Shown: positions 53,911-64,000 of the stretch, piece after piece
Numbering within the stretch: position 1 is the first letter of the stretch
How the letters are laid out: each line of letters starts with the position of its first letter
NCBI GenBank assembly: GCA_963808625.1
Contig: CAWEHK010000021.1
Span: 1 to 64,000 of the forward strand
Origin: an uncultured delta proteobacterium
GTDB lineage: Bacteria > Desulfobacterota > Syntrophobacteria > Syntrophobacterales > Syntrophobacteraceae
Length of the DNA: 64,000 bases
Direction of reading: 5' to 3'
Program-made: the position numbers and the translations under genes
Notes under the pieces: model-generated
Told to the model about the DNA's origin: nothing
Databases searched by the model: none
What the model saw: the letters and a program-made list of their open reading frames with translations, nothing else

Positions 53911-54494
53911 TCAGATTGGCTTCGAAAAGGTATGCCGTGGGATTCCAGCCAACCATCGCGCCCTTTTCGGTGTCAGTTGGGCACTGCACATCCTCTGAAA
54001 GCACCAGCCAGATCTTCGCCCCAACGGCTCCGGAGAAATCTGCAGGTTTGAAGTTTGCGTCATCCGGAACGGGCAGAGCCCGTACCGATCTCCTTTTTCC
54101 CGTGGGTCATGAGGTTGCCGGCGCGATTGGTTTTCCCTTCGCCCAGACAGATCAAATAATCTCCAGGCCATGGGTCGGAATAGTAGATCAGCGTGTAATT
54201 CTCTCGAGGCAACAGTCTTCGACCCTCAAAAGCGAACGCGAACTTTTCTCCCCACAGATTGTAATGCATTCTTCCCCAGCGGTGGTTGCCAAGGAAAATG
54301 GGCCATGGACCATTTTCGGAAAGCGGGCAGCCGAAGGCATCATACGTCTCAGGGGGGTTTAGTTTTAGACTGTCATCGCACTTCTGGTAGAGCAACAATT
54401 CCCCCAGCCTCCCCACCCCTTCGTCTCGGGCCAGTGCGACCGACGTCAGGGCGATCAACATCATAACCATCAACAGAACTGCTGTCCTTTTCAT
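53911..54494 (-). CDS. Secreted hypothetical protein, probably frameshifted
   Basis: Signal-peptide-like N-terminus; YTLIYYSDPWPG; an alternate frame continues with GAKIWLVL. Confidence 0.5.
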
Positions 54495-54903
54495 AGCGTG
54501 CTCCTTGTTAGATGAGAATGTTCGAATTCAAGAATCCTTCCTTTGTCCTCCCTTGTGTGCCTTTGTTCCGGCAAATTCAAACCTCTCTCCCGTAGAGATA
54601 CCCCCCTTTCTTTGCTTGTTCAAAATGGCAGAGCCTCGTTAATGACTTTGGCCTCCTTCGAGCGGACCTTGCGCTCTCCCCCAAGGCCAGGATCACCGGA
54701 CACGTGTTGCTATACACGACAAACTGCCAGTGAGTCACAATAAGAGGGGAAGAAAAAGAGGCTTCGGCGAGTAAACCGCTTAAGCTGGAGCTCTATGGTG
54801 AGATAGCCAAAGGGATCACCGTGCGGCAGGATTCGGAGGTATGGATCAACGGGGAGCGATCCAAGGACTTGAACCAAATGGGAACGAGTCTTCTTCCAGG
54901 AGA

Positions 54904-55972
54904 TCACCTTGGCTTGGCGAGCAAATACTGAGAAGGCCACGGCAAGTCGACGTTGAGGGCTTTGGCGGCATGGAGCGGCCAGTAAGGCTGACGCAAGAAC
55001 TCTCGCGCCATGAGGATGGCATCCGCCTGGCCGGTAGCGATGATCTGCTCCGCCTGCACCGGATGGGTAATAAACCCGACCGCCCCCGTAGCGATTTCGG
55101 CCTGCTGCCTGACCGCCGCCGCAAAGGGGACCTGGAATCCCGGACCGGCAGGGATTTTCGCGTGAGGCAGCAAAGCCCCGCTGGAACAATCGATGAGATC
55201 CACGCCGAGGGCTTTCAGACGGCGGCACAAGGCGATGGATTGGGTCAGGTCCCACCCGCCTTCGACCCAGTCAGTACACGAGATGCGGACAAAAAGCGGC
55301 AGGTGAGCCGGCCATGTTTCGTCGGAGCGATTCCGCGACTCGCAGCGGAAGGCGCAGGCGGTTTTCGAGGGGGCCGCCGTATTCATCGGTGCGATGGTTC
55401 GATAAGGGTGAGAGGAATTCGTGCAACAGGTAGCCATGGGCCATGTGGATCTCGAGGACTTCGAAACCGGCCTCGAGGCTGCGGCGGGCCGCTGCGACAA
55501 ACTGGGAAAGAACCTCTTCGATGTCCGCCTGAGTCACTTCCCGCGGCCTCGGGGACGACTCATCGAAGGGAATGGGGCTTGGCGCCAGCGGCTGCCATCC
55601 GCCTTCTTCTGCGGTCAGCGGTTTGCCGCCGCGCCATGGGGCATCCGTGGACGCTTTTCGCCCCGCATGAGCCAGCTGGATGCCGGGCACTGCTCCCTGG
55701 CTCTTCAGAAAACTGGTAATGCGTTTGAAGGCCAGCGCATGGTCATCCGACCACATCCCGCTGTCGTTGGGGGAGATCCGGCCTTCAGGTGAGACCGCCG
55801 TGGCTTCCACCATGACCAGGGCGGCCCCCCCGACGGCGCGACTGCCAAGATGCACCAGATGCCAGTCGGTGGGCTTCCCGTCGTCGCTCGAATACTGACA
55901 CATGGGCGAGACGAAAATGCGATTCCTGAACTCAATTTCCCTGATCTTCAATGGTGAGAACAGCTTGCTCAT
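54904..55972 (-). CDS. NADH:flavin oxidoreductase (YqjM/NamA old-yellow-enzyme), frameshifted near 55320
   Basis: NRIFVSPMCQYS, GIQLAHAGRK, EIHMAHGYLLHEFLSP, GPGFQVPFA, WPSQY. Confidence 0.92.
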
Positions 55973-56181
55973 GGCGATCCGATTCCGGTCAGGTGAAACA
56001 TCCGATCATCGACGACTGAATACCTTTTTCAACCACTCACTTCTGGCTGCAGGCACATTCTACAGAGCGCACGCCCGTCATCTTGCTGTCTAATGACTCC
56101 ATCGACGATAGCCGCGTCGATGCCCAGTTCTGCATAACACTTACACAAGGGCTTGACCATGCGTGATCAGCTTTCACCTTA

Positions 56182-59100
56182 TCAACTCTTTGGAGCGTCG
56201 TCAAAGTGTCGAGTAAAGTCATTTTGAGTCATATGCCGTATCCACTCCTCCTCATCATTAGCTGCCCGCTCGCACAACAAGGGCAGCGTCTCCGGATCGT
56301 CACGATACCATTTAGCCAAGGCCGAAAGGGCCTGTCTTCGAACCCATCCATCCTCATCCTGAACTACCCGCGCGCGCAGTAAGGGCAGCGTCTCTGGAGC
56401 GTCATGATACCATTTAGCCAAGGCCAAAAGGGCCTGTGCCCGAGCCCCTCCAGCCTCATCCTGAACCACCCGCGCGCGCAGCAACCGCAGCGTCTCTGGA
56501 TCGTCACGATACCATTCAGCCAAGGCCAAAAGGGCCTGTTCCCGAGCCCCTCCAGCCTCATCCTGAACCACCCGCGCGCGCAGCAACCGCAGCATCTCTG
56601 GATCGTCACGATACCATTCAGCCAAGGCCGAAAGGGCCTGTTCGCGAGCCAATCCATCCTCATCCTGAACGGCCCGCGCGCGCAACAAGAGCAGCGTCTC
56701 TGGATCGTCACGATACCATTCAGCCAAGGCCGAAAGGGCCTGTATTCGAACCCATACATCCTCATCCTGAACTACCCGCGCGCGCAGCAAGGGCAGCGTC
56801 TCTGGATCGTCACGATACCATTCAGCCAAGGCCAAAAGGGCCTGCGTTCGAGCCCCTCCAGCCTCATCCTGAACCACCCGCGCGCGCAACAAGGGCAGCG
56901 TCTCTGGATCGTCACGATACCGCACAGCCAGGGCCGAAAGGGCCTGTGCCCGAGTCCCTCCAGCCTCATCCTGAACCACCCGCGCCCGCAGCAGGGGCAG
57001 CGTTTCTGGATCGTCACGATACCATTCAGCCAAGGCCGAAAGGACCATCCCCCGTGCCTCTCCATCCTCATCTTTAACCACTCGCTCGTGCAACAATGCC
57101 AGGGTCTGCGGATCGTGCCGATACCACTGGGCCAGGGCCGAAAGGGCCATCCCCCGTGCCCATCCATACTCATCTTGGACCGTCAGGTTGCGTAACATTG
57201 GCAGGATCTGCGGCTCGGCATGCCAAGCCTCAGCCGCGTAAGCTATCGCAAATCCACGTGCGACACCGTCGGTTGCCTTAAAGATGCTGTGTCGCAGGAG
57301 TTCCAAGTTCTCAGGATGGCCACGCCGCAGCTCGGAAAACGCGTGGACAGCAAAGCATTGGGACCCAGTAGTATCGCGGCGTGCGAGGAGCTCAAGCAAG
57401 GACTGCCGAAGTTCCGGCAAATCTGATCCTACTGCGCCTAAGAAGACCCCGCACGAATGCTGCTGAAGGTATCCGGTGAAGGAATCCAGAAAAGGCACGA
57501 TATCATTGCTCAACCAGGCACTGAGGAGTTCGTTGCCCGGCCAGTTGCGGCCTACGGATCTGGCATTGGGTGCAATCACTGTGTCGAGAAAATCTGCAAG
57601 CCGCTCTTCTTTTTCTTTGAGCATTCGAGAAAATAGCCGGCAACAGGTTTGCAGCAACTGTGCCGCGGCACCCCTAATTGCCGAAGGATTCCTCACCTCG
57701 CCAAGACACTGTACAGCCAGGGCAATATTCCACGGTGGAAGAGAACCAAACTCTTCGGGCCATGGCTGATAGACTTCTCTTATCAGATAGGTAATGATTT
57801 CCCCCACCCATTTCTGGTCAATCATCCCACAGATCAGTCGCAGCACCTCGTGCCAACTCTGATCCGCCCAATGCCTGCCGAAAACGTCCTCCTTCAGTTG
57901 CTCCAGCGACAGCTCCCGGGTCTTTTCAAACTTATGGACAAAAGCCGCGGCGCAAAAGAATTCCAGGAACGCCCGATGCACAAAGCCGTAGAGATTTGCG
58001 CCATACAGCAAAAGGATAAAATTGCGCTGGCGAAACTGGTCCATCATCCCCTTCGCAATTTTTGCGGCTTCGGCAGCCGAATACTGGTAACGTTCTCTCA
58101 AGTAGCCTTCGAACTCGGCCTGTAACTGCTCGTGATGAATATAATTGCCCGCCAGACCTCCATCGCCTCCCTGCATCTTGAAGGCGAGCCGGCGCAGCAG
58201 TTCCTTTTTGTCCTCTTCACCAATCACGTCCACATCGACACGGTCGTCCCGCAGATGTTTGTTCACATCCCAGTGCTGGATCAATACACCGGCAGCGTAG
58301 TCATAGAGTTTCCAGCGTTCCTGCGGCAATTCCTGATGCTTGCCGATAATCGCCATGATGGTAAGCAGCATGGGATTGGCCGCCAGTTGGCGGATGGATG
58401 AGGATCCTCGGAAAGAGCTCAGGATGCGCTCACGGCGCTCCCGAGCTTCGTCGGGACGATCTGTCATCGCCAACCGATACCAGCGGTCCACGAACGGCTC
58501 CACCTGGTTTTGGTCCAGGTCCTGGAGCGTGAAATGCGCAAACCCCGCATCGCTGAGGATCTTTCTCCGGTAACCGATAACGCGACTGGTGACGATGACG
58601 CGTGCTCTCGCGTAATCGGATGCGAAACCGACAATCTGCCGCGTGATGCGCTCGCGGTCTTCAGCATTAAAAATCTCATCCAGGCCGTCAAAGACCACCA
58701 CCGCGCGCCCGTCATTCTTCAGATGATGGTGGAGCGCACTCTGGGTGAGATGCCAGCCCTCGGTCTTGCCAAGGTATTCCAGGAATTCCAGGAAAGTGTG
58801 GCAGGTCCCGTCCTGGCACAACCCGGCATAACTGCGCAGTTCGATCAACAGGGGAAGATGATCCTCGAACGCGCAGCGGATTTTATCATCGCCCTCGGGG
58901 TCCATAAGGGAGAGCAGGATATAGCGGGCCAGCGTTGATTTGCCCGAACCCGGATCGCCAAGGATGATGACCTGGCGATGGCGCGCGTCGGTGAGCACGT
59001 CCAGCACCGGGTGCAAGACCTTTTCATAGTAAGTCTCCCGCACCCGGCGAAGGTCCTCGAGCGTCGTGCCTTCAGGCAAGTCCTCGGGGTGGATTTCCCT

Positions 59101-59790
59101 TTCGCGTTCGAGCCTACCCCAGACTTCTTTCGGCAATTCGATCGGGGGCGGACTTTCGCGGACGTTCTGCTCCACGAAAACGGAGCGAAGTTGCATTTGC
59201 AGGTATTCTTCCTTTTGCGGCGGAGTGAGCCCTTCCAGGGCAAGTGTTTGATAGCGCTTTTTCAGGGCGGTGAAATATGCGCTGAGGTCGAATTCGGTGG
59301 AAAACGCGCCGGGAGGGGTATAGCCGGTCTCCGTGGCCCACTTGTGAATCGCGGGCGCAACGATCGAACCGATGTCTTCCGCCGACATGAATGGTCCAGC
59401 CCCGTGCTTTTCGCTCATTTCTTCACGGAGCTTCCTGATCGGCTTCCTATCATCGTCAATGAAATCGGGTGGCCACGACGCTTTGCCGTCCAGGAGAAAA
59501 ATCAGGCATTTCTTTTCACTTTTCAATGCCTGGCGGTACTCCATCTCGGTAATGGAAAGCCGGTCTGGATTGTCTGCTGTCGGTATCCAGCCGTAGCGCC
59601 AGGCAAAAATGCCAAGATACAAATCACACCGGGCGACATCCGCCAGGCATTTGTCAACGGGGCGTTGATCTTCGGCGATGTAATACTCCATCGCCACATC
59701 TTCATGTCCCATCCTGCGGACCACCAACTCAACCTGCCTGCGGCATTCTTTCAGGTCTTCGAAGGTTGAGGAGATATAAATCCTGGCCAT
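56182..59790 (-). CDS. DUF4062-NACHT-HEAT repeat protein (bacterial NLR-like)
   Basis: IYISSTFEDL..R (DUF4062); ILGDPGSGKST, VFDGLDE, IVTSR, NPMLL, FVHRAFLEF (NACHT); C-terminal 34-aa repeats. Confidence 0.9.
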   Translation of the reverse strand: MARIYISSTFEDLKECRRQVELVVRRMGHEDVAMEYYIAEDQRPVDKCLADVARCDLYLGIFAWRYGWIPTADNPDRLSITEMEYRQALKSEKKCLIFLLDGKASWPPDFIDDDRKPIRKLREEMSEKHGAGPFMSAEDIGSIVAPAIHKWATETGYTPPGAFSTEFDLSAYFTALKKRYQTLALEGLTPPQKEEYLQMQLRSVFVEQNVRESPPPIELPKEVWGRLEREREIHPEDLPEGTTLEDLRRVRETYYEKVLHPVLDVLTDARHRQVIILGDPGSGKSTLARYILLSLMDPEGDDKIRCAFEDHLPLLIELRSYAGLCQDGTCHTFLEFLEYLGKTEGWHLTQSALHHHLKNDGRAVVVFDGLDEIFNAEDRERITRQIVGFASDYARARVIVTSRVIGYRRKILSDAGFAHFTLQDLDQNQVEPFVDRWYRLAMTDRPDEARERRERILSSFRGSSSIRQLAANPMLLTIMAIIGKHQELPQERWKLYDYAAGVLIQHWDVNKHLRDDRVDVDVIGEEDKKELLRRLAFKMQGGDGGLAGNYIHHEQLQAEFEGYLRERYQYSAAEAAKIAKGMMDQFRQRNFILLLYGANLYGFVHRAFLEFFCAAAFVHKFEKTRELSLEQLKEDVFGRHWADQSWHEVLRLICGMIDQKWVGEIITYLIREVYQPWPEEFGSLPPWNIALAVQCLGEVRNPSAIRGAAAQLLQTCCRLFSRMLKEKEERLADFLDTVIAPNARSVGRNWPGNELLSAWLSNDIVPFLDSFTGYLQQHSCGVFLGAVGSDLPELRQSLLELLARRDTTGSQCFAVHAFSELRRGHPENLELLRHSIFKATDGVARGFAIAYAAEAWHAEPQILPMLRNLTVQDEYGWARGMALSALAQWYRHDPQTLALLHERVVKDEDGEARGMVLSALAEWYRDDPETLPLLRARVVQDEAGGTRAQALSALAVRYRDDPETLPLLRARVVQDEAGGARTQALLALAEWYRDDPETLPLLRARVVQDEDVWVRIQALSALAEWYRDDPETLLLLRARAVQDEDGLAREQALSALAEWYRDDPEMLRLLRARVVQDEAGGAREQALLALAEWYRDDPETLRLLRARVVQDEAGGARAQALLALAKWYHDAPETLPLLRARVVQDEDGWVRRQALSALAKWYRDDPETLPLLCERAANDEEEWIRHMTQNDFTRHFDDAPKS
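56240..57180 (-). repeat. About 9 tandem 102-bp HEAT-like coding repeats
   Basis: tctctggatcgtcacgataccattcagccaaggcc recurs with a 102-nt period; unit QDExxxxRxQALxALAEWYRDDPETLxLLRARVV. Confidence 0.92.
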
Positions 59791-60039
59791 GCTATTCACC
59801 CTTCCTGAGCTCAAAAAGCAGCACAATCTTCGGATCAGACGCCCATTCTGCCGCGCCTCATGCGCAAAGCAGGCAGAACCCTTGACTGGCCAGTAGAATG
59901 ACAACTTATGAGGCACTGTACAACAATTTTGTTCGCCGTCTACTGCTCGCGTTTCTGTTTGTCAAATGCTTTGTATCAGGACAATCGCGCGCAAAAGCAC
60001 AGGCAAGGACAGGCTCGCACTGTAAGGTGACCATAATCA

Positions 60040-60280
60040 TGTCGCTTCATTCCGGTGAAAACCGGAATCTAGAAAAATTCTCTGGATACCGGCTTTCGCC
60101 GGTATGACGGTCTGACTTGAGACACTTATTTGGGTGGACTTGTACCAAGTTTGTGATGCAGGCTTATGGCTACAGGCCAGGGAGTTACACCATCTGCATG
60201 TACTTTCTCAGTAAGTGTGGGTGTACGAGCGCTTCTGCAACCTCTGGATTCCCGCCAAAAGCATACGGGAATGACGATCT
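60040..60280. repeat. REP-like elements
   Basis: cattccggtgaaaaccggaatctag / tctggataccggctttcgccggtatgac pair, and tctggattcccgccaaaagcatacgggaatgac. Confidence 0.7.
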
Positions 60281-60569
60281 GAGACTCCGATACTTCCTGG
60301 TTGCCTGCGACTATTGGAAAGTTACACCTGGATGAGGAAAATCGGCTGCGATCAGTTGTGGATTGGACGCACGCTTTTGGACGGAAATCGTGATATCATT
60401 CCTGACGGGGCTGCTTGAACAGCGTCAGCACCAGGTCACGAAAGATGTGCCTGGATGTGGCGGACTGATGGCTATCCCACACCGTTGATCCGAGAAGCTG
60501 GCAGAGGATGCTGCCACAACGCTCAGCACCTGTCGGTGGGAATCCAGGCTGGTTCCTGAACAATGAGGG

Positions 60570-61274
60570 TTGATGATGCTTGGCTTTGTGAGAATGGGAT
60601 TTGTGGCGAATTTGCCGGTTGCGGTGAGTGTGGCGGCATACGGCAGTATCCTCGGGGTGCTGGCGGCGCAGAAGCAGATCACCTGGCTCCAGTTGATGGC
60701 GATGAATCTGTCCATCTTTGCCGGCGCCGCCCAGTTTGTGATGGTCGATATGTGGCTTCCGCCGCTTCCCTATGGTGGAGATCACCCTTGCCGTGCTGGC
60801 GATCAATCTGCGTTATGCGCTCATTGGGGCCTCGCTTCAGCCGATATTCCAGGGAAAATCACTGCTCCACAAGCTCCTGATGATGCATCTTGTGGCCGAT
60901 GAGAACTGGGCGGTCACCATGGCTGCGTACCGAAAGGAACGGCTTGAACCTACTTCCTGTTCGGCGGTGGCCTCTGCATTCTGCTGGCGTGGTGCCTGGG
61001 AACGCTGACGGGGCATACGCTCGGCGCCGTCGTGCAAAACCCGGAAGCCTATGCCCTGGATTTTGTGTTTGTCGCCGTGTTTACGGCCTTGCTCATGACC
61101 TTGTGGCGAGGCAGACAGGACCTCACCCCCTGGCTCATCGCCGCGATCTCGGCCGTCCTCTGCCAGCAGATGCTGCCGGGGAAATGGTATATCGTGATCG
61201 GAGGAATCAGCGGGGCACTGGTTCCGGTGTTCTATCCGTCAAGCCCGCAAGCCGATTTGGGAAAAACCTCATGA
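60570..61274 (+). CDS. azlC: AzlC-family permease, multiple frameshifts
   Basis: IFAGAAQF, INLRY, LVADENWA, GTLTG, LDFVFVAVF. Confidence 0.85.
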
Positions 61275-61582
61275 TGACGGCCCTCGCTTCCGATGCACCG
61301 GTGTTTTTGACGATTGGTCTCGCTGCCGTAGTGACCTATCTGTTGCGTTTTGGCGGGTTGATGCTCGGCGGGAAACTCCCCCGGTCAGGAGGCTGGAAAC
61401 GCTTTATGGATGCACTCCCCGGAACGATTCTCGTGTCCTTGATCGCTCCCGCCGTCGTCTCCGCCGGACCGTGGGGAGGAGTTGGGGCCCTGGCCACGGC
61501 ACTGTGCGCCTACAAGACCAAGAATGTGCTGTTGTCGATGGTGCTTGGCGTTGCCATTGTGGCTCTCCACCGCCAGTTTTAG
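61271..61582 (+). CDS. azlD: AzlD-family protein
   Basis: VTYLLRFGG..FMDALPGTILVSLIAP; follows azlC. Confidence 0.82.
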   Translation: MMTALASDAPVFLTIGLAAVVTYLLRFGGLMLGGKLPRSGGWKRFMDALPGTILVSLIAPAVVSAGPWGGVGALATALCAYKTKNVLLSMVLGVAIVALHRQF

Positions 61583-61739
61583 GGCCGCTTCTATTCCTCC
61601 CTCATCTGTCGTGCAATGAACGTAACAATGCTTATTCTTTAAAGGGTGATGAACGGCGAGACGCAAGGCATCGGTGATGTTTGCCCTGGCCGGGTGAACG
61701 CCGGAAACGGTGCGGGCTGGCCTGCCTTTTGGCGAGCTC

Positions 61740-61770
61740 GGCATGGCAGGCTGGAAAGCCTGCCCCACAA
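61740..61770. repeat. REP-like hairpin
   Basis: ggcaggctggaaagcctgccccaca. Confidence 0.55.
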
Positions 61771-61816
61771 GGCTTGGTCATTCGAAAATGATCGTGTGGT
61801 ATTGGGAGAAACGGGC

Positions 61817-62941
61817 ATGAAAGGGATATCATTCGTATTTGCGGCTGCCCTGGTGTTGGGTTTGATCCAGGCGATATGGGGTTATGCCGGTAATAAAGAA
61901 CAGGGAGAGAGAACGGTCATGAGTGGAGAATATGCGACGGCTACCTTTGCCGGTGGGTGTTTCTGGTGTGTCGAGGCTGACTTTGAAAAACTCGAGGGGG
62001 TCGTGAAAGTCATTTCCGGCTATACCGGCGGCCAGGTTGAAAATCCAACCTACGAACAGGTTTCGGCGGGAAAGACAGGGCACGTAGAGGCGATTCAGGT
62101 CATTTATGATCCGAAAAAGGTTTCCTACAAGGACGTGCTGGATTACTTCTGGAGGCACGTGGACCCGACCGACCCGGGCGGGCAGTTCGTCGACCGGGGA
62201 TATCAGTATCGCACCGCCATCTTTTATCATGACGAAGAACAAAAGCGTTTGGCGGAAGCCTCGAAGCGTGAGCTGGAGCAGTCCGGGCGATTTGCGAAGC
62301 CCATCGTGACCGAGATCATCCCCTTCGCCACCTTCTATGATGCTGAGGACTACCACCAGGATTATTATAAGAAAAACCCGTTACGGTACAAGTATTACCG
62401 GTTTGCCTCCGGCCGCGATCAGTTCCTCGAGAAGGTGCCGGGTAATCAAAAGGAGGCAAGCGGCAAGGACTTGCGCGATGCCGGGTATGTCAAACCGGGT
62501 GACGATGAGCTTCGGAAGAAGCTGACGCCTGTGCAGTATAAAGTGACTCAGCAGGAAGGCACGGAGCCGCCCTTTCAAAACGAATACTGGGACAACAAAG
62601 AGGCAGGAATATACGTGGACATAGTCTCCGGTGAGCCGCTCTTCAGCTCGCTCGACAAGTACGATTCGGGGACCGGATGGCCCAGTTTCACCAGGCCTCT
62701 CGAGCCGGGCAGCATCGTTGAGAAAGAAGATCGCGGCCTTTTCATGGTGCGCACCGAAGTGAGAAGCAAGAACGGCGATTCTCATCTCGGGCACGTTTTC
62801 CCTGATGGCCCCCCACCCACCGGACGGCGCTATTGCATGAACTCAGCCGCCCTGCGATTCATCCCCAAAGAAGATCTGGAGAAGGAGGGATACGGCAAAT
62901 ACCTGGGCATTTTCTTGCAGGGTAACGATCCTGGAAAATGA
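61817..62941 (+). CDS. msrAB: Peptide methionine sulfoxide reductase MsrA/MsrB fusion with signal peptide
   Basis: [43 protein letters not shown]. Confidence 0.95.
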   Translation: MKGISFVFAAALVLGLIQAIWGYAGNKEQGERTVMSGEYATATFAGGCFWCVEADFEKLEGVVKVISGYTGGQVENPTYEQVSAGKTGHVEAIQVIYDPKKVSYKDVLDYFWRHVDPTDPGGQFVDRGYQYRTAIFYHDEEQKRLAEASKRELEQSGRFAKPIVTEIIPFATFYDAEDYHQDYYKKNPLRYKYYRFASGRDQFLEKVPGNQKEASGKDLRDAGYVKPGDDELRKKLTPVQYKVTQQEGTEPPFQNEYWDNKEAGIYVDIVSGEPLFSSLDKYDSGTGWPSFTRPLEPGSIVEKEDRGLFMVRTEVRSKNGDSHLGHVFPDGPPPTGRRYCMNSAALRFIPKEDLEKEGYGKYLGIFLQGNDPGK

Positions 62942-62946
62942 TCGCT

Positions 62947-64000
62947 TTACTCGGCCATCCCCGAGCGCATCGCGTCGAGCTTTTGGGCGATGAACTGGGC
63001 GATGAGCGATTCGTATTCTTTGCCCAGATAGGTGCGATAGGAAAAGAGCTCATATTTCAAGCTGTTCCAGTAAGCTACCAGCTCCTCCGCGGAATGGAAT
63101 GCACTGATCCGCTGCTCGATTGACTCGAGGTAGCGATCACGCATTCGAAAACGATGAAATTCGAACATTTCTTTGAGCAGAAAACGCTGTTCCTCGGAAA
63201 AGCTCAACTCTGCCTGCTGCCTTTCGAGCTCCTGTTCAAGTTCACCAAATTCCGAAAAACTGCGGACCGAAGCCAGCCGTTCCTGCAGGACGGCCAGGGC
63301 CCGATCACTGATTTTCTTCTGCTGCTCCTGCAACGCCCCCTGCAAGGCATCCTCGAAGTCCTTTGCGTCAAAGGGAAGCTTTTGGCGGAGTTCCTCGACC
63401 AGCTCATGGTAGCGCCGATCCAACGCTTCCCGGTCCCAGATCGTTGCCAAGGAACCCACCATGAGATCGATCGGCACCGTATAACGGTAGTCAACCCGAA
63501 TAACCCGGTCCGTGGTATTTACCTCGAAATGGATGCCGCCCGGTTCCTGATCGGGTTTGCCGGGTGACCGCCCTGCGGCACCGTTGGACTCCGGGAACGG
63601 AGAATGGCGAAGATCCCTTTGCAGCGCCGCGTGGACCCTTTCGATCTTCCGGTTTAAAGGCCCAAAGAGGATGAGGCAGTTCTTCGCTTCCGGCCCGAAG
63701 TGCTGCTCGTACACCCGCATGGAGAGCAGGAGAAGCTTAATACTCGCTTCAAGGTCCAGAAACGCGGGCAGGGTGTGGTAATCATGAACACGCACGCCCC
63801 CGCCAAGGTGATCGAGACCGCAGAGGAGCCCGCTTTGCGCGTTGGAAGGCAGCGCCGAAATGACCTCGACCGTTTTCACCGCTTCGTGGAGCTGGGCTTC
63901 AAACGCTGCCATGCCGACGCTCTTCAGCTTCTTCTTGTAGTAGATAAAGGTGACGGGCATCTTCTTGAGAAACATTTGCAGGTCCTGAAAGTCGACCCAG
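62947..64000 (-). CDS. Unknown protein, 5'-partial, helical C-terminus
   Basis: Open frame running off the window edge; no family recognised. Confidence 0.55.
   Translation of the reverse strand, partial: WVDFQDLQMFLKKMPVTFIYYKKKLKSVGMAAFEAQLHEAVKTVEVISALPSNAQSGLLCGLDHLGGGVRVHDYHTLPAFLDLEASIKLLLLSMRVYEQHFGPEAKNCLILFGPLNRKIERVHAALQRDLRHSPFPESNGAAGRSPGKPDQEPGGIHFEVNTTDRVIRVDYRYTVPIDLMVGSLATIWDREALDRRYHELVEELRQKLPFDAKDFEDALQGALQEQQKKISDRALAVLQERLASVRSFSEFGELEQELERQQAELSFSEEQRFLLKEMFEFHRFRMRDRYLESIEQRISAFHSAEELVAYWNSLKYELFSYRTYLGKEYESLIAQFIAQKLDAMRSGMAE

Noticed and set aside
56240..57180. Regular repeats resembling a CRISPR array
   Set aside because: The period is 102 bp (in frame), the 'spacers' are homologous, the array lies inside the NACHT ORF, and there are no cas genes.
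62947..64000. Possible C-terminus of a class I adenylate cyclase-like protein
   Set aside because: No diagnostic motif within the window; left unassigned.

Overview
64-kb bacterial window, most likely an anaerobic Desulfobacterota-like organism (inferred from gene content only). Many genes carry single-base frameshifts or stops, so the assembly probably contains uncorrected indels. Left to right: (1) end of a pst operon (pstB, phoU), a REP-like hairpin cluster and an ORF-less group II intron. (2) A defence island, ~2.7-29.3 kb: Mrr-like remnant, decayed type III RM locus with a toxin-antitoxin-like pair between mod and res, and a type-1-like BREX operon (brxA-brxB-brxC-pglX-AlbA-pglZ-brxL) between two direct-orientation remnants of a GH94/NdvB gene. 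Its pglX is split in two around a largely translationally coupled cargo of seven genes (HEPN + KGGVGR ParA/MinD-like ATPase + P-loop ATPase, then two TA pairs), and the N-half has lost its methyltransferase core. (3) A ~24-kb flexirubin/dialkylresorcinol-like type II fatty-acid/polyketide cluster (KS/CLF, three ACPs, DarB-like KS III, BtrH-like protein, ABC exporter, MMPL, dehydratases) with four radical SAM enzymes and no recognisable darA. (4) Old-yellow-enzyme, a DUF4062-NACHT-HEAT NLR-like gene with 102-bp tandem repeats, azlCD, msrAB and a partial unknown gene. Best candidates for undescribed biology: the split-PglX cargo slot with its HEPN-ATPase-ATPase trio, and the radical-SAM-rich DarB cluster.
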